Positions 19,020-28,685 of a stretch of 64,000 nt of DNA are shown here, piece by piece. The notes beneath the pieces are model-generated. The model made no database searches, was not told the origin of the DNA, and saw nothing but the letters and a program-made list of their open reading frames with translations. This DNA comes from Pseudomonadota bacterium (GTDB taxonomy: Bacteria; Bdellovibrionota; Bdellovibrionia; Bdellovibrionales; SG-bin7). Position 1 is the stretch's first letter, and each line of letters opens with the position of its first letter. The position numbers and the translations under genes are program-made. The stretch spans positions 18,261 to 82,260 of the forward strand of contig JAWXAY010000043.1 in assembly GCA_034439715.1 (NCBI GenBank). The letters run 5' to 3'.

Positions 19020-20831
19020 GTGCAGAACTGGTATTACCTGATTGAAGGCAAAATTCAAGGGCCGACGACAGAATTTAAAATTCGAGAAATGTTAAGGGCC
19101 GGAACCTTAACGCTTCATGATATTGTTTTTAGACAGGGAGACCCCAAGTGGTTGCGAATCAACGAATTTACAGATCTTGATTTTAATAAAGAAATTCAAA
19201 CACAAAACTGGTCCGTCTTTGTCGACTTGCCTCACGAAAAAACCGAAAAAAAAACAATAGAAACGAAAGAAACCAAACCAGCGGGGACTTTGCTTCAAGA
19301 ATGGATTGTCTTGGTCAAGATTCGTAATCAAGGCGAATCTAAATTTGTGCAGCAGGGCCCATTTTCGACTGACGAAATTAAGAACAATATTCAAAGTGGA
19401 CAGTATCGTTATAATGATTTTGTCTGGAAAAAAGGTTTTGAAAAGTGGGAAAGAATCGGAGATCTCGCGGATTTTAGTTTTAAGGGAGAGACTCAAATTC
19501 TGTCCTTGGCCAGTCTCGCTCAGCTTAAATTCCCAGAGGATTCTGAGGACGCACCTTCGATTAAAATTCAAAAGCGAAAAAATGTACCTCAGCCAGAAAA
19601 AAGATCGCAGGCGCTGGATGAGTTTACTAAAACCGCGATAGCTACACAAAAGACGACAAAAAAGATAATTTTTGAAAAAACCCACGGGCTCACTGGGGCG
19701 ATTAAATCGCAATCAGTAAACTATAAACCCCAAATTAATAATCAGGAAAATTCTGATTCAATAGAATTCGACACAGCAAAAACACGCACTATTATTCAGA
19801 GGAGCACGAAGAAGAAGCGTCGGCAACTCAATAAAGCTATTCAGTCGGGTTTATTATTTGTAATTGGTGGCGGCCTAATTATAATTTTGCAGGGTATTGT
19901 TAAGAATGATACTGCCGAAATGCCCGCAGAAAAACCTCAGGAATTATCATCCAGAGCGCCTTCGGGGGCGCCCCCTCAGAGACGGCCAGAAGTCAAAAAA
20001 GAAATTGTCAAAATTTCGACCACTGAAACTCAGGTAACTTTACCAGCTAAGGAAGAAACTAAAATTGCCATGCCATTGCCGAGACCTATTGTGGTTAGAA
20101 AAGGTAAGGCATTTGTAAAATTTAAGACGATTGATATCAATGGCAAAAATCCAAAAATTGTTTTGTCCTCAAATGCTGCTGAGGACGAACCAATAAGAGT
20201 GAAAATTAAGGGAGCAACCGGTGAACTTTTGGGGTTGCCCAGTTTTAGTTGGGAAAATAATATTCGGCGCAAAAGAGGGCCGGAGCCTGAAATTTTACTA
20301 AAGGGACTGGGAATGAGTCCTGGTTTTTATTTTATGACTGCCGAATTGGCTGAGGCCACCGCCGAAACCGGAAAAATATTTATTGGCAGCAAAAAGGATT
20401 TTTCGAGAAAAATTGAAGAGCATCGAAAACTTATTTCGTTTAGGCAGCAACAGGAGAAAAAACAACTTTTTAGATTGTTGAGTGATTTGACCTCTCAAGC
20501 AGATGTACTTTTTTTAAGGTATAAAAGCTCCAGTAATTTGAGCGAATTCGCTCAGTTTTTGAACGGCTGGAGGAGTAAAGTTCAACGAATTAGTTCGGAT
20601 GAGTTTAGATCTTTTGGCCAGCGTACGAGAAACAATTATGCCTTTCCCGAAACCTGGCAAGAAGTCAAAGATATGAAGGAAAGGCTTCTCGCTGAAGCTA
20701 AAAAGTTAGAGTCGTCATTTGATTCGTCTCGTAAGGCTGCGGCAGATGTTTCAATGACTGTAATCACAGAAATTCAAAAGCTACTTCAGAAAATTGCAGA
20801 GCTCTCGGGATGGAAGGCCAAAGTACTTTAA
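19020..20831 (+). CDS. Tandem GYF_2 (DUF4339) domain membrane protein
   Basis: Two W..GP...W repeats (WYYLIEGKIQGP; QQGPFS...VWKKGFEKW), charged linker, one TM, periplasmic C-terminal domain. Confidence 0.8.
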   Translation: MQNWYYLIEGKIQGPTTEFKIREMLRAGTLTLHDIVFRQGDPKWLRINEFTDLDFNKEIQTQNWSVFVDLPHEKTEKKTIETKETKPAGTLLQEWIVLVKIRNQGESKFVQQGPFSTDEIKNNIQSGQYRYNDFVWKKGFEKWERIGDLADFSFKGETQILSLASLAQLKFPEDSEDAPSIKIQKRKNVPQPEKRSQALDEFTKTAIATQKTTKKIIFEKTHGLTGAIKSQSVNYKPQINNQENSDSIEFDTAKTRTIIQRSTKKKRRQLNKAIQSGLLFVIGGGLIIILQGIVKNDTAEMPAEKPQELSSRAPSGAPPQRRPEVKKEIVKISTTETQVTLPAKEETKIAMPLPRPIVVRKGKAFVKFKTIDINGKNPKIVLSSNAAEDEPIRVKIKGATGELLGLPSFSWENNIRRKRGPEPEILLKGLGMSPGFYFMTAELAEATAETGKIFIGSKKDFSRKIEEHRKLISFRQQQEKKQLFRLLSDLTSQADVLFLRYKSSSNLSEFAQFLNGWRSKVQRISSDEFRSFGQRTRNNYAFPETWQEVKDMKERLLAEAKKLESSFDSSRKAAADVSMTVITEIQKLLQKIAELSGWKAKVL

Positions 20832-20835
20832 AAAT

Positions 20836-22755
20836 TTAGGCCGCATCTTTAAATTTGATGGCAAAATAAGTAAGGTCATCCACTAGGGGAGAGTCTTTTC
20901 GATAAGCTTGAATTTTACCTTGAATTTTTTCGGAAAAGGACTCAAGTGTGTCTCCCCCAATAGAGTCTAGAACGGCATTGATGTATCGTCTTTCGCCCCA
21001 ACTTTTGCCAGTTTGATCTTTAAGGTCGGGAATTCCGTCAGTATAGAAGAGCACGATATCACCTTGATTCAATTGCAAGGTGGCCTGATCATATTTTGAA
21101 TCAACGGCATAACCCAATCGCGGACCATTGGATTTATCTAACATTTCGACATCTGACTTATCGAGCGGTCTTTTATTTCTGAGGACGTAGGGAAATTCAT
21201 GGCTCGCGTTAGAATAAGACATTTCACCAGTGAATTTGTTAATGGCTGCTAGAAAAAATGTCATCATCATTTTACCTTTTGAAGTTCCATGGATGGCCGT
21301 ATTAATGAGTTGTAAAGCTTGAAGGGGGGTGATTTCGGAAAGATTTTCGATAATACTTGCCGCTGATCTGGCGGCACTTGTTATTAAAGCCGCAGCAGCT
21401 CCGTGTCCGGTCGCATCGCCTATCCATAAAAAAACATAATCACCTATCTCGCAATAGTGCCACCAGTCGCCACCACATTCACTGGCAGGTTCGTAAAAGC
21501 CATTAATCTCTACACTTCCAAAAGTAGCCGAGCGTGGTGGAAAAAGCGTTTCTTGGACGGTCTTTGCGGTCTTAAGTTCGTTTTGCATTCGCGCTTTTTC
21601 ACCTGATTCATCAAGTAGGCGAGAAACTTCTTTGGCCATCTGATTAAAACTTTGAGAAAGGCCGCCAACTTCATCATTAGAGGTTACGGGAACCTGGATA
21701 TTAAACTGCCCTCGAGCGACCGCGCGTGAGGCTTCATATAGGTTGCTGAGAGTCGCCGTCATACCTCTGGAGGCAAATATACTAATAATGAATGTTGCTG
21801 AAAACAGCATAACAAAAAAATAGATAGACTTGATTAAAAGTTCACGGCCGGCGCTGAGAGCTGTCGATTTTTTTACTAGTGAAATGACTTTTAACCCAGC
21901 CACGCCCACTTTGGAATAAGAGGCGAGCAAGGCGGATTCTCCTTTGCCGTATTCTTGAGTACCTTCGGGAATATCAGAACCACTTTGATCCTCAAAAAAA
22001 CTCAGTTTCAATTGACCTCTAGGAGTAATAGAGTCTTCGCTAGGCCGAAACTCAATTGTATTATCTTCGCCTACGAGATAGCTGGTAAAAGTTGATGAGC
22101 CACTAAAAACGTCTTGAATTTGTTGCGATACGCCAATAAAAAATACGATGGAATTTTTTTTGGCAAGCGATAATTCATCACCTTCAGTCGCAGATACTTC
22201 TTTTTCAAAGGTGGAAGCATTTGGAGTGGGGAGGGTATTTTGGTTTTTGGGTTCTCCGGAAACCGCAATCAAAAGATAGGGGGAATCTTTACTCAATGAT
22301 TTAATAGCAATGCCCGAAGCCTTGGCTCTAGCAACTAACAACTTAACAAGCTCGTTATTTTGACTTAAGAATTCATCGAATTCGCTATCTTTTTTTAAGA
22401 CTTCACCGAGATCATACGTCCCTCGTTCATTTCTTCTAAAAAATGATACCAACGCAATTTTTTCTTGTTTGCTGAATAAGTCTTTGGCTTGGTCTGTGAG
22501 CTTATTAACCGTCGGGTCGTATTGGGCCACCATTGGTAGGATAGAATCTGTGAGTGATCTTAGTTCTGAGTGAACTTGGGCTGCCATTGTGCGACTTAGG
22601 GTCACTGAGGCGTCATAGACGTAGGCAATTTTATCTTTTTCAAAGAGTTGGGTAGCATACGCCAGATAAATTCCTAGAGTTACCAAAGGTATGCACGTGA
22701 GCATAAGTAGGAGTTTATATTTTAAAGAAAGGCCTTTTCTGCTCTCAGTGTTCAT
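20836..22755 (-). CDS. SpoIIE/PP2C phosphatase with periplasmic sensor and HAMP domain
   Basis: Two TM; HAMP DEVGGLSQSFNQM; CGGDWW, IGDATGHG, YTDG, DDLT. Confidence 0.93.
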   Translation of the reverse strand: MNTESRKGLSLKYKLLLMLTCIPLVTLGIYLAYATQLFEKDKIAYVYDASVTLSRTMAAQVHSELRSLTDSILPMVAQYDPTVNKLTDQAKDLFSKQEKIALVSFFRRNERGTYDLGEVLKKDSEFDEFLSQNNELVKLLVARAKASGIAIKSLSKDSPYLLIAVSGEPKNQNTLPTPNASTFEKEVSATEGDELSLAKKNSIVFFIGVSQQIQDVFSGSSTFTSYLVGEDNTIEFRPSEDSITPRGQLKLSFFEDQSGSDIPEGTQEYGKGESALLASYSKVGVAGLKVISLVKKSTALSAGRELLIKSIYFFVMLFSATFIISIFASRGMTATLSNLYEASRAVARGQFNIQVPVTSNDEVGGLSQSFNQMAKEVSRLLDESGEKARMQNELKTAKTVQETLFPPRSATFGSVEINGFYEPASECGGDWWHYCEIGDYVFLWIGDATGHGAAAALITSAARSAASIIENLSEITPLQALQLINTAIHGTSKGKMMMTFFLAAINKFTGEMSYSNASHEFPYVLRNKRPLDKSDVEMLDKSNGPRLGYAVDSKYDQATLQLNQGDIVLFYTDGIPDLKDQTGKSWGERRYINAVLDSIGGDTLESFSEKIQGKIQAYRKDSPLVDDLTYFAIKFKDAA

Positions 22756-22763
22756 CACCTGCC

Positions 22764-22791
22764 TCTTCGGAAGAAGCTGTAAAAAGTTTTA
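22764..22791 (-). promoter_or_regulatory. Sigma28 (FliA)-like promoter
   Basis: Minus strand TAAAA-N15-TCCGAAGA, 8 nt before ATG 22755. Confidence 0.5.
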
Positions 22792-22878
22792 AGTCTAGTT
22801 CTTAACGAAGCTGGCCATTGATCCATGGGATGTTATCAGCATTGTCTCGATAAGTACGAGGTGAAGGAAGGGAACCAT

Positions 22879-25809
22879 TTGAATCAATCAACATCGCAAG
22901 GTGCCGCCATTTTCGATCGCGTGTTAATGGGTATTGCGGCGGTCTGCTTTTTAGGAGCGGCCTATCTGCTATACGACGATAGTCTCCTGTTTTCTCATGA
23001 ATTGGCGAGTGATGGCTTAGAAGAGGTGGGAAGAGTCATTTTAACCCAAAATGACGTCCGAAGAAAAATCAGAGATAATTTTGCCTGGTTTTCGCTTAAA
23101 AGCGAAACAATTGTATTCAACGGGGACAGTATTTTTACAGGTCCGGCTTCAAGGGTTTCACTAATATTCAATTCGGGAGCTGAGCTATCGTTAGATGAAA
23201 ACTCACTTGTAGTTCTAAAAACAGAAACTAGAGATTTAAGTCTAAACTTGAAGTATGGCGAAGTATCAAAAATTGCTCAACACCAGGGAAAAGTATTTTT
23301 AGATCAAGGTGATGGGGAGAGAACAGAAGTAAGTGGCGAGAATGCTGTTTTTAAAATTAAAGCCCAAAAAGGTAGTCCCGTAGAAGTAAAAGTTATATCT
23401 GGTAAAGTGGGATTCCGAGAGAAACGCGAAAGTCCAATTGTTACTTTAACGAAAAATAATGGGATCAAGATATCGCCCCAAGGAGCACTTGAAACTACTA
23501 AGTCGTACGATGTAGAACTACTGAATCCTCGGCAAGGTGACGAGGTCTGGATTAAAGAATTGCAGGCAAAGCTCATTTTTAACTGGAATGCAAGCGATGA
23601 GGTTAAACTGTACCAGCTAGAAATATCTCGGACTAAAAATTTTAGCGAGGTGAGTTTTAAAAAAACCTTTGAGGACAAGAAGTTTGAGTTTCCGGACTTT
23701 AAAGATCGAGGAAAATATTACTGGCGGGTCTTGGCGCTAGAAAAAATTGAAGCTAAGGGCGTCGAGACAAAATTAAAAAAAATAGGTACCAGTGACATTA
23801 AGTATTTTATGGTTCGAGAACAAAAGTCACCCGAGCTGGTATTTCCGCCATCAGGTTCTTCCCTGTTGCTGGGAGAAAAGCAGCTTCTCACTCCCAGTGG
23901 CAAAAAAATAAACTTGTCTGACTTTTTAATTATGGAGAAGGCCGGAATTCAAGCGCTCAAATTTACCTGGGACAAAAAAAATTACGAGAATGTGGTGTTT
24001 GAATTATCCTCGGATCGAGGCTTTAGTAAAGATATCCTTGAGAAATTTGAAATAGCTGATAACGAAATTCTGTTAGAAAAAATTCCTAAAGAAGGAATTT
24101 ACTATTGGCGAATCTATGGCAATGACCCAGATAAGGGCGAGAGGTTAGCGAGCAGGCCAGCTCTATTAAATGTAGTAAAATCGATTGATCTGACGCTTGT
24201 AAAGCCAGCAAATAATTTAGTGCATTGGCTAAAACTGGGGAAAGCCGATATTGAATTTCAGTGGAAAGCCAACGATGCCATTAAGTTTTTCGAAATAGAG
24301 GTCAGCCTCTTTAAAGACATGACTAACCCTATGGTTAAGAAAATTGGAGAGGACAAAGAGTTTAAGCTCCAACAGTTTTCACAAAAAGGAGATTTTTACT
24401 GGCGCATTAACGGCATAGACAAGCAAAGTGGAAAAGAGGGATTTGAGTATCGTAAAGTGGTTTCAAGCGAAGTCTTTCGATTTTCAACCGATGAAAATCT
24501 GGCGCCCCAACCCGTTTTTCCGCCGACGGGGTCGACCGTTATTACTTCGATGCCCCGAGTATTTTCGTCGATTGAAAAAGTAATGGAGGGCGGTGGTAGT
24601 GCTCCCCCAGACTCTAAAGGACTTAAATTTCTCTGGAATAATAACGGCTTTAAAAACGTCATCTTTGAACTCAGTAAAACAAATGATTTTTCAAACTTAG
24701 AGATGTCAGTGCTATTAGGAAGTAGCGGTGAGCAATTAAAGTTTCCTGAACTTAGCGATGGTAAATATTTCTGGCGCGTAAAATCTAATGAACCGACGGG
24801 AGAGCGCGAAAATCTCACGAGTCGGATTTCTGAGGTTCAAATTCTGAAGGAAATTCCCACCGAGCCTCTTGCGGCTCCTGAACCAAAAGACATCACCAAA
24901 CGGATTGAGCTTCAGCCCAGCGGGACGGGTTCCTTCATAGCCATCGACCTCAATGGAAAAAACAAACCCTATTTGGATTGGAAGGCATCGAAAAACGCCA
25001 ACGCCTACCATGTCATGGTAAGTTCTGATAAGGCCATGACCAGAGTGGTGACGGCATCAAAAGTTACAGAGACCAAATTTGACTGGAAAGAAATCAAGCC
25101 AGGTAAGTTTTTTTGGCAAGTGAAAGCGGAAAGTGAGCGGATGCCATCGAGTTTACCAAGCGCTCCGGGGCAGCTCATAGTAACAGTGTCTTCTCCCAAG
25201 GTTGAAGGTGTAAGAAATGTTGAGGAAAAAGTGACATCGAATGAAGAGATGAATGCTCCTATTCCTCCAGTAAATCTCAAATGGAATCTGACTCCGTTGA
25301 CAGCCAAATATCTTATAGAGGTCGCCGACAATGAAGGCTTTCAAGGCGCAAAAAAAATAAAAAGTAGAGAAGAAAAAATAAAATATGAATTGCTAAAAAC
25401 TGGTCAATACTTTTGGCGCGTGACGGCGCTTGATGAGTTTGATCGAGAAATTAGTTCGGTGTCCCCCCCACAGAGTTTTCAGTATCAGAGAAAAATGGGA
25501 CTTAAAACTCCGCCGTTTATGAGTCCCGCCTTTGACTCATCCATGGTTTTTTTATCAAAAGGTGCCAGTCATGTAGTATTAGTCTGGAAAAAAGTCAGTG
25601 AGGCAGAATATTATGAATTAGAAATGTCCGATAGCGTAGGTTTTTCTAAACCCTATTATGCCAATAGAAGCGCTTCAGATAGAGAGTATGTGCAGAGGGT
25701 GCTCCCCGTTGGAAAAAACTATTGGCGAATTAGGGCCGTGAACAACAAATATCAGTCTGACTGGACCCAACCAATTCCTTTCGATGTTAGCTACGGGGCC
25801 AGCCAATAG
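22879..25809 (+). CDS. FecR-domain protein with multiple fibronectin III/Ig-like repeats
   Basis: N-terminal TM; FecR motif GDSIFTG..LDENSLV; seven G.Y/F.WRV-type repeats; likely TTG start after gaaggaagg. Confidence 0.85.
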   Translation: MNQSTSQGAAIFDRVLMGIAAVCFLGAAYLLYDDSLLFSHELASDGLEEVGRVILTQNDVRRKIRDNFAWFSLKSETIVFNGDSIFTGPASRVSLIFNSGAELSLDENSLVVLKTETRDLSLNLKYGEVSKIAQHQGKVFLDQGDGERTEVSGENAVFKIKAQKGSPVEVKVISGKVGFREKRESPIVTLTKNNGIKISPQGALETTKSYDVELLNPRQGDEVWIKELQAKLIFNWNASDEVKLYQLEISRTKNFSEVSFKKTFEDKKFEFPDFKDRGKYYWRVLALEKIEAKGVETKLKKIGTSDIKYFMVREQKSPELVFPPSGSSLLLGEKQLLTPSGKKINLSDFLIMEKAGIQALKFTWDKKNYENVVFELSSDRGFSKDILEKFEIADNEILLEKIPKEGIYYWRIYGNDPDKGERLASRPALLNVVKSIDLTLVKPANNLVHWLKLGKADIEFQWKANDAIKFFEIEVSLFKDMTNPMVKKIGEDKEFKLQQFSQKGDFYWRINGIDKQSGKEGFEYRKVVSSEVFRFSTDENLAPQPVFPPTGSTVITSMPRVFSSIEKVMEGGGSAPPDSKGLKFLWNNNGFKNVIFELSKTNDFSNLEMSVLLGSSGEQLKFPELSDGKYFWRVKSNEPTGERENLTSRISEVQILKEIPTEPLAAPEPKDITKRIELQPSGTGSFIAIDLNGKNKPYLDWKASKNANAYHVMVSSDKAMTRVVTASKVTETKFDWKEIKPGKFFWQVKAESERMPSSLPSAPGQLIVTVSSPKVEGVRNVEEKVTSNEEMNAPIPPVNLKWNLTPLTAKYLIEVADNEGFQGAKKIKSREEKIKYELLKTGQYFWRVTALDEFDREISSVSPPQSFQYQRKMGLKTPPFMSPAFDSSMVFLSKGASHVVLVWKKVSEAEYYELEMSDSVGFSKPYYANRSASDREYVQRVLPVGKNYWRIRAVNNKYQSDWTQPIPFDVSYGASQ

Positions 25810-25878
25810 CTAGACCCTTGACTAAGTCACTTTTTAGGTTGTAGTAATAAAGCGATAAGTTAATAATTGTATTAACTT

Positions 25879-27849
25879 ATGCGTCTGATTAAAGTTCTTA
25901 GCCCCCCATTAATTTGCTGCTGGTTTGTTTCTTTCTTCACTTTAGGTTTGGCTTTGGGCGCTAATGCACCTGAAGAGGATATCAAAGCAATGGAAGGCGA
26001 TTCAAGGGGCGCGCCCTTGCCACAGCCAGCCGAAGATACCGATATAGAATTAAAACCAATCGTGGGTCCTGCGCTCCCCGTATCTGCGAACTTTCTAAAC
26101 GCTCAGGGAGCTAAAGCAAAAGCGACGCCTATGAATTTTAATATTCAAAAAAGTGGCGGCAAATTACTACCACAAAAATTTATTTATCTGGTCGATAAAA
26201 AAACAGTACGGGTGGGGCCTGTGTCTTATCAGGAGCAGGTAATTAACCTTGAGTTGAAGGTTACGGGGTCTAATTGGGACTTGATGTTTAATTGGCCTGA
26301 TCATCTTCCTAAAGACGGAAAAATAGAGCTGATCAATCTTGCTGATCAAAGTATTGTGTGGACCGACGAATTTAGCGTCCGTGACATTGGTGACGAGGTT
26401 AAAAAAGTTGAGAAGAGGTCAAAAAAGCAAAAAAAAAGTTTTATTTTTTATCAGTGGTATGAAAAGGATGTGGGGAATAAAATTAAAGACGCGTTGAAAA
26501 ACTCTAACGGCGTTCGGGCTTGTTATCGCTTTAAAGGCAAAGAATATAATCATAATTTTTGTACGGGTCCCAAGGGTATAGATACCAAAAATGGCGTTCC
26601 TAAACTTATAAGTTTAAAAAACAAACTGCCGGTTACTGTGAGTATTAACGGGAGTGCGAGTAAGCCCAAGGGAATAATAGTAATTGGTCGTGATGCAGAC
26701 GAGGTTAAGTTTAAGGTGACTCTTTCAAAAGGCACATTAGTGGAGTTTGACACTCGGCCCAGCCAATTTGAAATAATCGATGCCGTCGGCTTGCCTGACA
26801 ATAAAACACGATTGCGTGCTACGGGTGCAACTCCTTATGCCGAAAGCGTAAAGTTTTTGGACGATGGCTCGTGGGTAACCGAAATCAAGAATTCGAAAAT
26901 GTATGTCGGGGGCACTGGAGAGATCCCGTTTTATCAAGAAATTTTTATTAGCCAGAGACTACCCAGAGAAAATGAGAAATTATTAGTTCATAGGAAGAGT
27001 TTTCTCAACACCTATGCTGCAAATACTACTATTTATGGATATGTTCCGGTCACTGAGGGGTTGAGGCCGATCGACGGAAGTATTAAAAAGTATAATAACA
27101 ATACCTATATTTGGAAAATCGATAAACTAAAAAAAGGTAAAATTAATAAGCGAGAGGCCACTGTCGAAGTGGGCAAAAAAGATTACACGGCAATCGCAGA
27201 TATCTATCGGGGCTACCAATACGAAGTCAGTGCGCGCATTTCGGGAGTGGCGCTGGTAGAAACTCAAGAAATATTGTTTATTGGCGATCTCATCTTTGGA
27301 TCTTGGTACGAATCCCTTTTTGGTAACAAGAATTATTATTATGGGCAACAGCGCTGGGGATTGTATCTGAAGCACTTTGTAAGTTTAACTTCGGTAAGCG
27401 CATTAACCAATTTTACGGCCACAAGCGCGGATCTTAAATATCGCCTCGTACCCGGTGTGTGGGAAAAAGATGCCACCGTCGGTTTAATTGCTGGTTTCCA
27501 GTCTGTGACATTTAATTCCACCTCACTGCCCATGTATGGTGTCGGGGCTTTTTGGGCGAGGCCTATGCCAGAGTTTTTTGATAGAATATTTAATGTTATT
27601 CCTTGGTTTCGTTACCCTAAATGGGTGGATATGGAGCTAATTTCTTATCTCATTGCGGCCGACTCAAAATACAACTTGGGCACCAACTATGTTCTTAATT
27701 TTCACGGAAAAATGCTTTTTACGCGCCAGTTTTTTATGGAGGGAGGCATGTCGATTAGACAGACAGAGTTCAAGCTAACAACCTCTAGTCTTGCGCCTAC
27801 GACGGGCTCACTTTTAACGGGTACACTAGGATTTGGATATAATTTTTGA
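25879..27849 (+). CDS. Hypothetical outer-membrane protein with C-terminal beta-barrel
   Basis: Signal peptide (ANA); aromatic amphipathic strands in the last ~215 aa; ends LGFGYNF (beta-signal). Confidence 0.75.
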   Translation: MRLIKVLSPPLICCWFVSFFTLGLALGANAPEEDIKAMEGDSRGAPLPQPAEDTDIELKPIVGPALPVSANFLNAQGAKAKATPMNFNIQKSGGKLLPQKFIYLVDKKTVRVGPVSYQEQVINLELKVTGSNWDLMFNWPDHLPKDGKIELINLADQSIVWTDEFSVRDIGDEVKKVEKRSKKQKKSFIFYQWYEKDVGNKIKDALKNSNGVRACYRFKGKEYNHNFCTGPKGIDTKNGVPKLISLKNKLPVTVSINGSASKPKGIIVIGRDADEVKFKVTLSKGTLVEFDTRPSQFEIIDAVGLPDNKTRLRATGATPYAESVKFLDDGSWVTEIKNSKMYVGGTGEIPFYQEIFISQRLPRENEKLLVHRKSFLNTYAANTTIYGYVPVTEGLRPIDGSIKKYNNNTYIWKIDKLKKGKINKREATVEVGKKDYTAIADIYRGYQYEVSARISGVALVETQEILFIGDLIFGSWYESLFGNKNYYYGQQRWGLYLKHFVSLTSVSALTNFTATSADLKYRLVPGVWEKDATVGLIAGFQSVTFNSTSLPMYGVGAFWARPMPEFFDRIFNVIPWFRYPKWVDMELISYLIAADSKYNLGTNYVLNFHGKMLFTRQFFMEGGMSIRQTEFKLTTSSLAPTTGSLLTGTLGFGYNF

Positions 27850-27966
27850 ATTCCGGGTGCCAGATACTAATTTCACGTACCTATTGGAGAAACCGGGGCT
27901 AGGCTAAAGACCTGCGATTGTCTTTCTCAATACAGTACAGTTTCTAAGCCACAATGATGCACCCCT

Positions 27967-27993
27967 TAACATAGCTCAGCAAAGTACCGATAA
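27967..27993 (+). promoter_or_regulatory. Sigma28 (FliA)-like promoter
   Basis: TAAC-N15-ACCGATAA, 8 nt before ATG 28002. Confidence 0.55.
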
Positions 27994-28001
27994 GTGTCTT
28001 G

Positions 28002-28685
28002 ATGAGGTCGACAAGTTTTATTGTCTTTGCCATTTTGTTATTAGTTGGAAACCTAGAACTTTTCCGATATTTTCAGTTTTACTTTAGTGGTACTGATCAT
28101 CTCAAATTTCAAGTAAAAACTCTTCGCAAGAAAATTCAAAATCAAGAGTTGAAAGCCGCGCTCATTCGCTACCAGTTTGATGAATTTAAGCAAGAAGTAG
28201 CGGCGCAAATGCCTTTTGTCGCGAATAAGATGAAGTCCGTCGAAGAGGGATATCCCCTAAGGAATATTGCGAGTCTCGCGGTGGCTCCCACTTTTGAAAA
28301 AAACTTTCTCATGGTCTCTGGTCTCTTTGAAAAGGGAAAAAAGTCTTTTAGAGAGGGCAAGTTTGTAAATTCTAATAAGATATTTTTAGGCCTCATAGAA
28401 AAATACCCCGAGTCTATTCATGTAGTCGAATCTTACTTCTTTTTAATCGAAGGAAAATATCAAAATAAAGAGTTAGAAGATTGTGTCGTTTTTATAGACT
28501 CGTTGATGTCGAAGTACCCAGAGAGCGAATTAACTGGCTGGTCGCTTTTAAGACTGGGCAAAATATTTGAAATTCAAGAGCGGTTTGAGGATTCTGTCGA
28601 TGTCTATAATACGATAATAGGCACCTATCAGGACAAAGAATTAAAAAAACAAGCGGGAACTCAATTATCGAATATCAAACTATGA
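28002..28685 (+). CDS. Membrane-anchored coiled-coil + TPR protein (CpoB/BamD-like TPR)
   Basis: N-terminal hydrophobic segment, short coiled coil, repeated LIEKYPES/LMSKYPES TPR motifs. Confidence 0.8.
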   Translation: MRSTSFIVFAILLLVGNLELFRYFQFYFSGTDHLKFQVKTLRKKIQNQELKAALIRYQFDEFKQEVAAQMPFVANKMKSVEEGYPLRNIASLAVAPTFEKNFLMVSGLFEKGKKSFREGKFVNSNKIFLGLIEKYPESIHVVESYFFLIEGKYQNKELEDCVVFIDSLMSKYPESELTGWSLLRLGKIFEIQERFEDSVDVYNTIIGTYQDKELKKQAGTQLSNIKL

